DNA from: Fidelibacterota bacterium
GTDB lineage: Bacteria; Fidelibacterota; Marinisomatia; Marinisomatales; JAADGP01
Length of the DNA: 48,493 nt
Assembly (NCBI GenBank): GCA_027021785.1
Contig: JALUTR010000145.1
Coordinates: 1-48,493, forward strand
Reading direction: 5' to 3'
In this document: piece by piece, positions 10,045-22,432 of the stretch
How positions within the stretch are numbered: position 1 is the stretch's first letter
How the letters are laid out: every line of letters starts with the position of its first letter
Notes under the pieces: model-generated
Told to the model about the DNA's origin: nothing
What the model saw: the letters and a program-made list of their open reading frames with translations, nothing else
Database searches by the model: none
Made by a program: the position numbers and the translations under genes

Positions 10045-10749
10045 GTGGTTGTCGGAGTAATTCCGGCCCGTCTTCATTCCACCCGTTTCCCCCGTAAAAT
10101 ACTTGTCCCCATAAATAACAAACCGATGGTTGTTCATGTTTATGAAAGGGCGCAACAGGCGAAAAGCCTGGATCAGGTAATTATCGCGATTGATAATGAA
10201 TCGGTGGTGGAAGCGCTTGAGCCGTATTCAGTCGAAACCGTTATGACGGCCGAAAATCATGCCTCGGGGACCGATCGCATAGCGGAAGTGGTTCGGGAAA
10301 TGGAAGTGGATGTTGTGGTGAACATCCAGGGGGACGAGCCGTTTATCGATCCCCGTATTATTGATGAATTGGTTGGGGTATTTTCGGATAAACGGGTTGA
10401 AATGGGAACGGCCGTCAGTACGGTAATTACGGCGGAAGACCTCCTGGACCCGAATACCGTCAAAGTGCTGTTGGATATCCAACAGAATGCCGTCGTTTTC
10501 CGAAGGGAAGTGTTTGAAAAGGAGATCGGCGGCTATTATCGCCATATCGGTCTGTATGCTTTTCGCAAGGAAACCCTATTGAAATTCACACAACTTCGAC
10601 CGACCCAAAATGAATTGCAATTTCATCTGGAGCAGTTTCGGGCGCTGGATAATGGCATCCCAATCCGCGCCGTCATTACCGATTACCCTTACCGGGGTAT
10701 CGACACGGAGGAAGATATCCGGAAACTGCAATCCGAACGTGGTAAATGA
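10045..10749 (+). CDS. kdsB: CMP-Kdo synthetase
   Basis: IPARLHSTRFPRK, SGTDRIAE, VNIQGDEP, HIGLYAF, LEQFRAL. Confidence 0.92.
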   Translation: MVVGVIPARLHSTRFPRKILVPINNKPMVVHVYERAQQAKSLDQVIIAIDNESVVEALEPYSVETVMTAENHASGTDRIAEVVREMEVDVVVNIQGDEPFIDPRIIDELVGVFSDKRVEMGTAVSTVITAEDLLDPNTVKVLLDIQQNAVVFRREVFEKEIGGYYRHIGLYAFRKETLLKFTQLRPTQNELQFHLEQFRALDNGIPIRAVITDYPYRGIDTEEDIRKLQSERGK

Positions 10750-10789
10750 AACAACGAACTAAAAACCTTGAAATATACTGGATAATACA

Positions 10790-12412
10790 ATGACACCAAG
10801 ACTTCCGGTTAAGTACATTTTTGTGTTAGGTGGGGTTATCTCCGGGCTGGGGAAAGGAATCGCCGCCGCCTCGATCGGCTACCTGTTGAAAAGTTCCGGC
10901 CTGCGGGTGACCATCCTCAAGTTGGACCCCTATTTGAACGTTGACCCGGGGACGATGAATCCGTACCAGCATGGTGAGGTGTTCGTCCTGGACGATGGTT
11001 CCGAGACCGATCTCGATCTGGGCCATTATGAACGCTTCATCGATTTGAATATGAGCAAGGACAACAATGCCACAACGGGACAGATTTACCAGTCGGTGTT
11101 GGATCGCGAGCGGGCCGGCGAATACCTGGGTGAGACCATTCAGGTAATTCCCCATATTACCGATGAAATAAAAAGGCGTATTAAGGCGGTAAACACTCCC
11201 AAAAAATACGATGTCGTGATCTGCGAGGTGGGCGGTACGGTGGGTGATATCGAAAGTTTGCCTTTCCTGGAAGCGATTCGCCAATTATCGGTGGAAGTAG
11301 GATATCATAACCACCAGATTATCCATGTGACATTGGTTCCCTATGTAAAAGCCAGTGAAGAATTGAAAACCAAGCCGACGCAGCATTCGGTGATGAAATT
11401 GCGCGAGATCGGACTGTCGCCGGATATTATCCTTTGCCGATCCGAATACCGGATCACCCAATCGGTGCGGAATAAGATCGCCCTTTTCTGTAATGTGTCC
11501 CCCAACCATGTTATCGAGGGGCGGGAGGTAAAAAGTATCTACGAAGTGCCGTTGGTTATGTATCAACAAAATATCGGACGCATTGTGGCGGAAAGGCTGG
11601 AATTACCCTGTGAACCGGATATTTCGAAGCTAAGGCAATTTATTGAACGTTATAAACATCCCGGTTGTACGGTGACCATCGCCATGTGCGGGAAATACAC
11701 CGAGTTGCCGGATGCCTATAAGAGTGTGTTGGAGGCCTTCGTTCATGCCGGTGTGGAAAACAACGCCCGGGTAAAAGTGAAATGGGTGCCGACGGAAGAA
11801 ATAACGAGTGACGACAGCGCCCGCGAAGCCTTCGCGGGCGTGAACGGTATTTTGCTCCTGCCCGGTTTCGGATCCCGCGGTTCGGAAGGAAAAGTTCTTT
11901 CGGCCAAATATGCCCGGGAGAACAAGATCCCCTACCTCGGAATCTGCCTCGGATTGCAGTGCGCGGTAATTGATTTTGCCCGAAATGTATGCGGTATGGA
12001 AGGAGCCAACAGCACCGAATTTACCCCGAAAACGAAATACCCGGTCATTGATCTCATGGAATCGCAACGAGCCATAAAAGCCAAGGGGGGAACCATGCGT
12101 TTGGGAGCTTATGAATGCCGGTTGATCCCGGGGACCAAAGCTTACGCGGCATATCGGAAAAAGAAAATTTCCGAGCGTCATCGCCATCGCTGGGAAGTAA
12201 ACAATCGCTTCCGGGCAAGATTGGAAAAACACGGAATGGTTATTTCCGGCGTGAATCCCGAATTAAATTTGGTTGAAATAGTGGAAATACCGGATCATCC
12301 CTGGTTTGTTGCCAGCCAGTTTCACCCGGAATTGAAAAGTCGCGTAAACCGGGCGCACCCCCTGTTTCGCGAGTTTATCCACGCCGCGGTAAAATATAAA
12401 GAAACATTATAA
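10790..12412 (+). CDS. pyrG: CTP synthase
   Basis: GGVISGLGKG, DPYLNVDPGTM, GICLG, ERHRHR, QFHPE. Confidence 0.99.
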   Translation: MTPRLPVKYIFVLGGVISGLGKGIAAASIGYLLKSSGLRVTILKLDPYLNVDPGTMNPYQHGEVFVLDDGSETDLDLGHYERFIDLNMSKDNNATTGQIYQSVLDRERAGEYLGETIQVIPHITDEIKRRIKAVNTPKKYDVVICEVGGTVGDIESLPFLEAIRQLSVEVGYHNHQIIHVTLVPYVKASEELKTKPTQHSVMKLREIGLSPDIILCRSEYRITQSVRNKIALFCNVSPNHVIEGREVKSIYEVPLVMYQQNIGRIVAERLELPCEPDISKLRQFIERYKHPGCTVTIAMCGKYTELPDAYKSVLEAFVHAGVENNARVKVKWVPTEEITSDDSAREAFAGVNGILLLPGFGSRGSEGKVLSAKYARENKIPYLGICLGLQCAVIDFARNVCGMEGANSTEFTPKTKYPVIDLMESQRAIKAKGGTMRLGAYECRLIPGTKAYAAYRKKKISERHRHRWEVNNRFRARLEKHGMVISGVNPELNLVEIVEIPDHPWFVASQFHPELKSRVNRAHPLFREFIHAAVKYKETL

Positions 12413-12458
12413 GCAGGTTCCTTGCGTAATCTGTGAATAGTAACAGATGTGCTTTCTT

Positions 12459-12501
12459 GTCGGAATCCGCAACGGTTGGATATGCGGGTTTTCCGACTTT
12501 T
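12459..12501 (+). terminator. Hairpin plus T tract after pyrG (REP-like GTCGGAA/TTCCGAC stem)
   Basis: gtcggaatccgca...tgcgggttttccgac followed by tttt. Confidence 0.45.
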
Positions 12502-12609
12502 AACCGGCAACACGCGGGGAAGGCAATAAAATCGGGCTAAAATAAATTCCTCTTTTGCTCCATACTGTTATTTGTAGGTATCTTTAACGATGAAGGACGT
12601 GCAAAAATC

Positions 12610-13440
12610 ATGCCTACTGTCAAAGTAAACTCGGTAATATTCAAGGCCGATACCCTGCCGGTTATTGCCGGCCCATGTGTCATCGAGAGTCGCGACCATA
12701 GTTTGCGGATGGCTGAGGCAATCATTGAAATCACGAACCGGTTAGGCCTGCCGTATATTTTTAAAAGTTCGTTTGACAAAGCCAACCGGACATCGTTTTA
12801 TTCCTTCCGCGGACCGGGATTGGAAGAGGGCTTGCGGATCTTAGCGGATGTAAAATCCACGATTGGTGTGTCGGTCCTTACCGATATTCATTTGCCGGAT
12901 CAGGCGGATATGATAGCCGAAGTGGTGGACGTTTTGCAGGTACCGGCCTTTTTATGTCGCCAGACCGACCTGCTGACTGCCGCCGCCCGGACCGGGAAAC
13001 CGGTTAATGTGAAAAAAGGACAATTTTTGTCTCCCTGGAAGATAAACGGGATTATCGAGAAGATTGAGGCAACGGGGAACCAAAAAATCCTTCTTACCGA
13101 ACGCGGAACGACATTCGGTTACCATAGTCTGATTACGGATATGCGCGCCATCCCGATCATGCAGGGAACAGGATATCCGGTTATTTTTGATGCGACGCAC
13201 AGCGCCCAGATGCCCGGTATGGGGGGTGAGAACACCGGTGGATTGAGGGAATACATTCCCACGTTGGTTCGCGCCGCGGTGGCCGCCGGATGTGATGGCC
13301 TGTTTCTGGAAGTGCATGATAACGTGGTTCAGGCCAAGTCCGATGCGGCTACGCAGTGGCCGTTGGATCAATTGGAAGAAATACTAACGGTGGCAAAACG
13401 AATTTTTGATGTGATAAGGAATCATGACAGAACAAATTAA
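12610..13440 (+). CDS. kdsA: Kdo-8-phosphate synthase
   Basis: IAGPCVIES, FDKANRTS, PAFLCRQTDL, KKGQF, FDATHS. Confidence 0.98.
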   Translation: MPTVKVNSVIFKADTLPVIAGPCVIESRDHSLRMAEAIIEITNRLGLPYIFKSSFDKANRTSFYSFRGPGLEEGLRILADVKSTIGVSVLTDIHLPDQADMIAEVVDVLQVPAFLCRQTDLLTAAARTGKPVNVKKGQFLSPWKINGIIEKIEATGNQKILLTERGTTFGYHSLITDMRAIPIMQGTGYPVIFDATHSAQMPGMGGENTGGLREYIPTLVRAAVAAGCDGLFLEVHDNVVQAKSDAATQWPLDQLEEILTVAKRIFDVIRNHDRTN

Positions 13441-13966
13441 AGAGCGGTTAGCCGCAATCAAGCTGATCATTAGCGACGTGGATGGTGTGTTAACGGATGG
13501 GACGGTTATAATGGGGGCCAACGGTAAGGAGTATAAGCGTTTCAGCATCACGGACGGCGCCGGTATTGCCGTTGCCAGGGCGCTGGGTATCCGGATCGCG
13601 TTCATTTCCGGGCGTTATTCCACAGCCACCGAAAGCAGGGCCAAAGAGTTGAATATTGAGGATGTGTACAACGGAACACTCAACAAGATTCCGCCCTACG
13701 AAGAATTAAAAACCAAGTATAATTTAACCGATGCCGATATCGCCTATGTCGGCGATGACCTGATTGACATTCCCGTGATGGAAAAGGCAGGGATTGCCAT
13801 TGCGGTAAGAAATGCCTATCAGCCGGTGAAAAAAATTGCTCATTATATTACCGAAGCCAAAGGCGGCGAAGGAGCTTTGCGGGAAGCAATTGACTGGATC
13901 ATCCAGAGCCAGGGCCGCTATGAGGAAGCGATCGCCGTATTAAAAAGGCGCCTGATCAACGAGTGA
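13424..13966 (+). CDS. kdsC: Kdo-8-phosphate phosphatase (HAD)
   Basis: DVDGVLTDG, YVGDDLID, GGEGALRE; follows kdsA. Confidence 0.92.
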   Translation: MTEQIKERLAAIKLIISDVDGVLTDGTVIMGANGKEYKRFSITDGAGIAVARALGIRIAFISGRYSTATESRAKELNIEDVYNGTLNKIPPYEELKTKYNLTDADIAYVGDDLIDIPVMEKAGIAIAVRNAYQPVKKIAHYITEAKGGEGALREAIDWIIQSQGRYEEAIAVLKRRLINE

Positions 13967-13990
13967 TTATTTCAAGGAACCGGCGACGCG

Positions 13991-14551
13991 GTGTATGATG
14001 AAAGTAAAAAGCAACTGGTTTTTATTGTTTGTTATTTGCTGTTCGGACTGATATTTGTCGGCTGCCGTTCGGCGAATACGCAACTGCCCAATGAAACACG
14101 CGAAGGACGACCGGACCAGGAGAGCTGGGGAGTGGAAATTACTCTTACCGATGAAGGCATCAAGCGCGCCGTGGTAGTGGCCGACCATTTGGAAAAATAC
14201 AATGAACGCCAATTCATTATGTTGGAAAATAATGTAGTGGTCGACTTTTACGATAATACCGAAAGCCACACCTCGCGTTTAACCGCTGAACGGGCTGAAA
14301 TCGAAGAGCAGTCCAATTTTATGCGTGCGATGGGTCAGGTGGTGGTGGTGTCCGATAGCGGTGTGACGCTTTATACCGATACCCTGGCCTGGGATAACGA
14401 ACTGGAGTTGATTTACACCGATGATTCCGTTATGGTGACCACCGAATTGCAAGACACCTTATATGGCGTAGGATTTGAATCGGATGTTCGTCTGGAATAC
14501 TGGAAAATAACGCAACCCTCAGGAGTAACGGATCGTGGGGAAGAAGAATAG
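13991..14551 (+). CDS. lptC: LPS export protein LptC
   Basis: Hydrophobic N-terminus ending in GC; beta-jellyroll TLYTDTLAWD, LYGVGFESD; between kdsC and lptB. Confidence 0.85.
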   Translation: MYDESKKQLVFIVCYLLFGLIFVGCRSANTQLPNETREGRPDQESWGVEITLTDEGIKRAVVVADHLEKYNERQFIMLENNVVVDFYDNTESHTSRLTAERAEIEEQSNFMRAMGQVVVVSDSGVTLYTDTLAWDNELELIYTDDSVMVTTELQDTLYGVGFESDVRLEYWKITQPSGVTDRGEEE

Positions 14552-15278
14552 TCACCAAAAATTATCGGCGGTTAATTTACACAAGCAATACGGTCGGCGC
14601 TGGGTGGTGCGGAATGTTGATCTGGAAGTGAAAAAGGGAGAGATTGTGGGACTGCTGGGCCCGAACGGGGCCGGGAAAACCACAACCTTTTACATGATTA
14701 CCGGGATGATCAAGCCCACCCGGGGAAAAGTCTTTATTGATGAGGACGATATAACCCATGACCCGATGTACCTTCGGTCCCGCAAGGGAATCGGATATCT
14801 GGCACAGGAACCATCAATTTTCAGCAAACTGACTGTTGAAGACAATCTCAGATTGGTGTTGGAGATGACGGGGATCTCAAAACAGGAACAAAAGGAAAAG
14901 TTGGAGCAGTTGCTGGAAGACCTTTCCGTCCGGCACCTGAGAAAAAGTAAGGGTTTCACCCTTTCCGGGGGTGAGCGGCGACGGGTGGAGATTTGCCGGT
15001 CGCTGGCCATGGATCCGGATTTTATTCTGTTGGACGAACCTTTCGCCGGGGTCGATCCCATCGCCGTGGAGGATATTCAATCGATTGTTCATTCGTTGAA
15101 AGATCGAAATATCGGTGTGTTGATTACCGATCACAATGTGCGCGAAACGTTATCCATTACGGATCGATCCTATCTTTTGTATGACGGACAAATCCTGAAA
15201 GCGGGGACATCCGATTTCCTGGCCAATGACAAAGAAGCCCGTCGACTGTATTTGGGAGAGAAATTCAGGTTAAACTAA
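14535..15278 (+). CDS. lptB: LPS export ABC ATPase
   Basis: GPNGAGKTT, GYLAQEPSIF, LSGGERRR, DEPFAGVDPI, ITDHNVRETL. Confidence 0.97.
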   Translation: MGKKNSHQKLSAVNLHKQYGRRWVVRNVDLEVKKGEIVGLLGPNGAGKTTTFYMITGMIKPTRGKVFIDEDDITHDPMYLRSRKGIGYLAQEPSIFSKLTVEDNLRLVLEMTGISKQEQKEKLEQLLEDLSVRHLRKSKGFTLSGGERRRVEICRSLAMDPDFILLDEPFAGVDPIAVEDIQSIVHSLKDRNIGVLITDHNVRETLSITDRSYLLYDGQILKAGTSDFLANDKEARRLYLGEKFRLN

Positions 15279-16627
15279 TGCCCCGACTGGAACAAAAACT
15301 TACCCAGAAACAGGTTCTGACACCGCAGCAGATCCTGCAGGCATCGTTGTTGCAGTTGAACACAATCAATCTGGAACAAAAAATCCTGGATGAACTGGAA
15401 TCCAACCCGGTGTTGGAACCGGCTGAAACAACCCCGGAAGAAACACCCAAGGAAGAAGAAAAACCGGAAGATACATTGGACATACCGGATGACGACGATG
15501 AGTATGAACCGGCGAATATATATGACAATTCACAGCCGGAATGGAATCTTCCCATACCGGACCAACAGGATTTCGTCGAGGGTTTGGTCAAACAACTGGA
15601 TTTGACGGATTTGACGGGAGAGGACCGCCTGATTGCGGAAGAGATATTATGGAATCTGGATGATCGTGGGTATCTTGTTACGGAATTGGTGTTGATTGCC
15701 GATCGATTTGGGAAGACCGAAGAAGAAATTCTGCCCATTTTGCGCGTGGTCCAGCATTTGGATCCTCCGGGAATCGCGGCCCGGAATCTTCAGGAATGCC
15801 TGCAAATTCAGTTAGACGACCAGCCGGACTCGTTGGCATACAGAATCGTCAGCCACCATTTCGATGACTTTGTAAACAAACGGTTTGAAGTTATTCAGAA
15901 GAGGGTGGGATGCACCAAGCAGGAACTTGCCGAGGCCATTGACGTTATATCGCATCTGAACCCGCGTCCCGGAGAGGGACGAATCTTCACTCGCGATGAA
16001 CTGGTTGTCCCCGATTTGATTGTTCGTGAACAGGATGGGGAATGGCTGATCCAAACCAATGACGGGGGTTTGCCGGAATTACGGATTAGTCACGATTATC
16101 TGGAAATGATGGAGGCGAAATCCAAATTACCGGTGGATGCCCAACGATACCTGAAAAGAAAACTGGATTCCGGTCATTGGTTCATCCAGGCCATTCGTCA
16201 ACGGCGGGAAACCATGAAGGCGGTAATGAAAGCCATCATCGATCGGCAACCGGAATTTTTTGCCGGAAACATTCATAAACTGCGTCCCATGAAACTACAG
16301 GATATCGCCGACGACATCGGCATGGATATTTCCACGGTAAGCAGGTCGACGCGCGGGAAATATGTCGATACCGTGTTTGGGGTTTTCGAACTGAAATCAT
16401 TCTTTACCGAAGGGATGGCCCGCGAAGACGGTAGTATGGTGAGCACGCATCAAATAAAACGGGCGTTAAAAGAGATCATTGACAGGGAGGACAAACATCA
16501 TCCTTTAAATGATGAAAAATTAGTGGAAGAATTAAAAGCACGAGGATATTCCGTTGCGCGACGGACCGTGGCTAAATACCGGGAACAAATGAATATTCCG
16601 GTTGCGCGTTTACGGCGTCAATTGTAG
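15278..16627 (+). CDS. rpoN: RNA polymerase sigma-54
   Basis: Q/L-rich region I, STVSR, RpoN box ARRTVAKYRE. Confidence 0.98.
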   Translation: MPRLEQKLTQKQVLTPQQILQASLLQLNTINLEQKILDELESNPVLEPAETTPEETPKEEEKPEDTLDIPDDDDEYEPANIYDNSQPEWNLPIPDQQDFVEGLVKQLDLTDLTGEDRLIAEEILWNLDDRGYLVTELVLIADRFGKTEEEILPILRVVQHLDPPGIAARNLQECLQIQLDDQPDSLAYRIVSHHFDDFVNKRFEVIQKRVGCTKQELAEAIDVISHLNPRPGEGRIFTRDELVVPDLIVREQDGEWLIQTNDGGLPELRISHDYLEMMEAKSKLPVDAQRYLKRKLDSGHWFIQAIRQRRETMKAVMKAIIDRQPEFFAGNIHKLRPMKLQDIADDIGMDISTVSRSTRGKYVDTVFGVFELKSFFTEGMAREDGSMVSTHQIKRALKEIIDREDKHHPLNDEKLVEELKARGYSVARRTVAKYREQMNIPVARLRRQL

Positions 16628-16647
16628 CGGAAAAGGAAGGAGAGACA

Positions 16648-17625
16648 ATGTCATATCGAAGAATCATCATCGGTGATTCGGAAATTAAAATCCCGGATAA
16701 ACTATTAACGTTAGGGGTGTTTCCGATTATCGGATTGGCAATATTACTTTGGTTGTTGACAGGATTTTATATTGTTGGTCCCGATGAAGTCGGGGTAGTA
16801 AGGACATTTGGAAAATTCAGTCGTACAGCTCAGTCCGGCTTGCGTTACCATTTGCCCTACCCCATTGAAAAGGTGGATACTCCCAAAGTAATGGAAGTTA
16901 AACGAGTCGAAGTGGGGTTCCGGACCCTGGGGAAAAATCAGTATCGAAAAATCGATCGGGAAAGCTTAATGCTGACCGGCGATGAAAATATCGTGGATGC
17001 TGAAATGATCGTCCAGTATAAGATCAAAAATCCGGCGGACTATTTGTTTAAATTTGTTAAGCCGATATTGACGGTCCGTGAAGCGGCGGAAGCTTCTTTA
17101 CGAACGGTAGTAGGCCGGAATAAGATTGATGAAGCCCTTACGGCCGGTAAATTAATGATCCAGGAGGAAACCAAAGCGCTGTTACAGGATATTCTGGACA
17201 AATATCAGACCGGTATTCAAATCGTGGCCGTTCAGTTGCAGGCGGTTTCCCCTCCCAAGCCCGTGATCGCGGCCTTTAAAGACGTTGCTTCGGCCAAGGA
17301 AGATAAAAACCGGATGATAAACCAGGCGGAAGGATATCGGAATGATGTTATTCCCAAGGCCCGGGGACAGGCGCAGGCGTTGATCCGGGAAGCCGAAGGT
17401 TACCGGGAGGCCCGGATTAAACGCGCCGAAGGAGACGTGGCCAAGTTCAAAGCGATTCTGAAAGAATACCGCAAGGCCAAGAATATCACGAAGAAGCGGC
17501 TGTACCTGGAAGCCATGGAAGAAATTCTCCCGAATATCAAGAAGTATGTAATCCCGGATGGAAAGGATGGCAATTTGTTGAATTTATTAAATCTTGGATC
17601 AACCAAGGGAGGGGGTAAAAAATGA
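16648..17625 (+). CDS. hflK: FtsH modulator HflK
   Basis: SPFH domain, MLTGDENIV, RLYLEAMEE; paired with hflC. Confidence 0.95.
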   Translation: MSYRRIIIGDSEIKIPDKLLTLGVFPIIGLAILLWLLTGFYIVGPDEVGVVRTFGKFSRTAQSGLRYHLPYPIEKVDTPKVMEVKRVEVGFRTLGKNQYRKIDRESLMLTGDENIVDAEMIVQYKIKNPADYLFKFVKPILTVREAAEASLRTVVGRNKIDEALTAGKLMIQEETKALLQDILDKYQTGIQIVAVQLQAVSPPKPVIAAFKDVASAKEDKNRMINQAEGYRNDVIPKARGQAQALIREAEGYREARIKRAEGDVAKFKAILKEYRKAKNITKKRLYLEAMEEILPNIKKYVIPDGKDGNLLNLLNLGSTKGGGKK

Positions 17626-18470
17626 AAAAGGTGATTATAGGTGTTATCATCCTGGCTGTTTTGGTTGTATGGTCAACCGTTTTTACCGTGGATATGACCG
17701 AACAAGTGGTGATTTTGCAGTTTGGAAAACCGGTGCGTATTATCAAGGAACCGGGTCTGAATTTCAAGTTGCCGGCGCCGTTTCAAAATGCAATCGTGTT
17801 TGACAAACGACTGCTTGAGTACGATGTCCCTCCCGAAGAAATTTTAAGTAAGGATAAAAAAACGCTGATTGTGGATAATTACGTTCGCTGGCGGATCGTC
17901 GATCCCCTGTTGTTTTTGCAAACCGTACAGGCAATTCCCACGGCGGTAACCCGGCTGGACGATATCGTGTACTCCGAATTGCGTCGTGAGTTGGGTACTC
18001 ACAACATGGTGGAAATCATCACCGAAAACCGGGAATTGATCATGGAAAAGGTGACGGAGGCCAGCAGCAAGGCCACGCAATCGTATGGTCTTGAAGTAGT
18101 GGATGTTCGTATCCGCCGTGTGGATCTACCGCCTGAAAATGAGAAATCCATCTATGCCCGTATGGACGCCGAACGGAAACGTAAGGCTAACAGGTTCCGC
18201 TCCGAAGGTTCGGAAGAAGCTCAGAAAATCCGGGCCAAAACCGATAAGGAGAAGACCATCATTCTGGCTGAATCTTATAAACAATCGGAGGAAATCCGTG
18301 GTGAAGGCGATGCCCGGGCGACGGAGATTTACGCCGGCGCTTATTCCGCCGACCCGGATTTCTATGAGTTTGTACGGACTCTGGAAGCCTATCGGAAGAT
18401 CGTCGATGACCAAACAACGCTGGTATTACCGGCCGATTCAAAATTGTTCGAGATCTTGCAGGGGAAATAA
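17622..18470 (+). CDS. hflC: FtsH modulator HflC
   Basis: PGLNFKLP, DKKTLIVD, RMDAER, DPDFYEF. Confidence 0.95.
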   Translation: MKKVIIGVIILAVLVVWSTVFTVDMTEQVVILQFGKPVRIIKEPGLNFKLPAPFQNAIVFDKRLLEYDVPPEEILSKDKKTLIVDNYVRWRIVDPLLFLQTVQAIPTAVTRLDDIVYSELRRELGTHNMVEIITENRELIMEKVTEASSKATQSYGLEVVDVRIRRVDLPPENEKSIYARMDAERKRKANRFRSEGSEEAQKIRAKTDKEKTIILAESYKQSEEIRGEGDARATEIYAGAYSADPDFYEFVRTLEAYRKIVDDQTTLVLPADSKLFEILQGK

Positions 18471-18554
18471 GGAATGCGCGGCAAGGTTTCGGTCGGTGAA
18501 ATATGCCGACGCTTTATCAATCGGGGGAACCCCGGAATGAAGGTTCCTGTTATG

Positions 18555-18591
18555 AGCGATCCCGGTCGGTTAAACCCCGACCGGGATCGCT
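18555..18591. other. Perfect 15-bp stem-loop between hflC and hslV
   Basis: agcgatcccggtcgg-ttaaacc-ccgaccgggatcgct; no T tract. Confidence 0.8.
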
Positions 18592-18658
18592 GCATGCCGG
18601 AAGGATGAGTGAATATTTACTATTGAAACGATTACAATAATTATATAGGACAGTGTGA

Positions 18659-19200
18659 ATGGAAAAACAATTTCATGCCACGACAATCCTGGGTGTGCGA
18701 CGGAAAAACGACGTCGCTATCGGTGGGGACGGTCAGGTAACTTTTGGTGATATGGCGCTGAAACAAAAGGCGGTAAAAGTTCGTCGTTTTGATACGGAGC
18801 GTGGTCAGATTCTTGGTGGTTTTGCCGGCGCGGCGGCCGACGCGTTAACCCTGTTCGAAAAATTCGAACAGAAACTGGATGAATACGGCGGAGATTTGCG
18901 TCGTTCGGTCGTGGAGTTGGCCAAGGAATGGCGTACCGATAAATACCTGCGGCACCTAGATGCTTTGTTGGCATTAATGGATCGTAAAAACAGTTTTATT
19001 GTTTCCGGTGATGGAAATGTGATTGAGCCCGACGGGTCTGTAATTGCCATCGGATCCGGCGGCGGTTTCGCTCAATCAGCGGCCATCGCTTTTCTGGCAA
19101 GTACCAAACTGTCCGCGAAAGAGGTTGTTACACGATCACTGAAAATCGCCGCTGATCTTTGTATTTATACGAACGATTCAATAACGGTATTGGAGATAGA

Positions 19201-19204
<4 letters not shown>
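18659..19204 (+). CDS. hslV: HslV protease subunit
   Basis: HATTILGV (catalytic Thr), GDGQVT, AIGSGG, CIYTN. Confidence 0.98.
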
Positions 19205-21515
<2,311 letters not shown>

Positions 21516-21576
21516 GAGACACAACCCCTTTTCACACACCGCGTAATCGGGCTAAAGCCGGAAAAATAATCATATC

Positions 21577-21632
21577 TGAAACGTGAAACGTCATTTTGGT
21601 TCTTGGCTCTTGGCTCTTGGCTCTTGGCTCTT
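21577..21632. repeat. (TGAAACG)2 abutting 5 units of the AAGAGCC heptamer on the minus strand
   Basis: tgaaacgtgaaacg 21577-21590; ttggttc(ttggctc)4 21596-21630. Confidence 0.9.
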
Positions 21633-21643
21633 TAAACCGGAAT

Positions 21644-22432
21644 CTATTTGGTTTCTTCCCAACGAACAGTATAGGTACGATAAGCCACTTTCGATCCCTC
21701 GGGCAGCGGCACCGTAATTTTAAAATTTACCGTTTGTTCCGGAATGATCGCCGTATCGGTGATTACCCCGGACTCATATTTAACTTCCTTGCCGCCGACA
21801 AAAACCGAATCGCGTGCCACGAGTTCCGTGGTATTTGTCCATAAATGGGCAATGACGCGAACAAAGTCGGCACGTTTTTGGCCGACATTTTTCACGGCGC
21901 CGCTGATTTCTTCGCGGTCCGGATAAGCGTTCACAAACGGTTCCCCCAGCAATTCAACCTGCGCCGCCGGGGGTGATTCTTTCTCGATCCGGACAACATG
22001 GTTCCGGTCAATCGCCAGGCGCCCGATGCTTGTTCTGACAATTATTTGATCGGCCGTTTCACTGATAATTTCGCCCAGAACAACGGATCCGTTTTGGAGC
22101 GTGATCCGGTTTTGTATTTCGGGCATCCTGATCAGATCCAGGAGCTTCTCGTCAATTTGGGGCATGACCCGTTGTTTCTGGTAAATCTTAATTACTTGTT
22201 TCAGCGAATCAATTTGTGTTTGAAGCTGGTTGATATTGGATTTGTATTCAAAAAAGGGAACCCCGAATTGGAGTGTCTCCGGCGGAGTAGTGGTGGTACG
22301 AAGAGCGGGAAGCGAATCCGGAAAGACGGTGGCTGAATCGTTTGCGGTCGGTATTAACCGGGTGGTATCACCGGCCTGTCCCCAAAGGGCGCCGGCAATT
22401 AACAACATGGCGATCAGGAAACGGTGAATCAT
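21644..22432 (-). CDS. Secreted hypothetical protein (coiled coil, small beta domain, C-terminal FxLYD-like Ig fold)
   Basis: Signal peptide; ITLQNGSVVLGEI; ISGAVKNVG...IIPEQTVNF; ATGA coupling with the upstream gene. Confidence 0.7.
   Translation of the reverse strand: MIHRFLIAMLLIAGALWGQAGDTTRLIPTANDSATVFPDSLPALRTTTTPPETLQFGVPFFEYKSNINQLQTQIDSLKQVIKIYQKQRVMPQIDEKLLDLIRMPEIQNRITLQNGSVVLGEIISETADQIIVRTSIGRLAIDRNHVVRIEKESPPAAQVELLGEPFVNAYPDREEISGAVKNVGQKRADFVRVIAHLWTNTTELVARDSVFVGGKEVKYESGVITDTAIIPEQTVNFKITVPLPEGSKVAYRTYTVRWEETK

Noticed and set aside
21596-21844. ORF starting MVLGSWLLALGS
   Set aside because: Starts in a heptamer array and runs antisense to a real gene.
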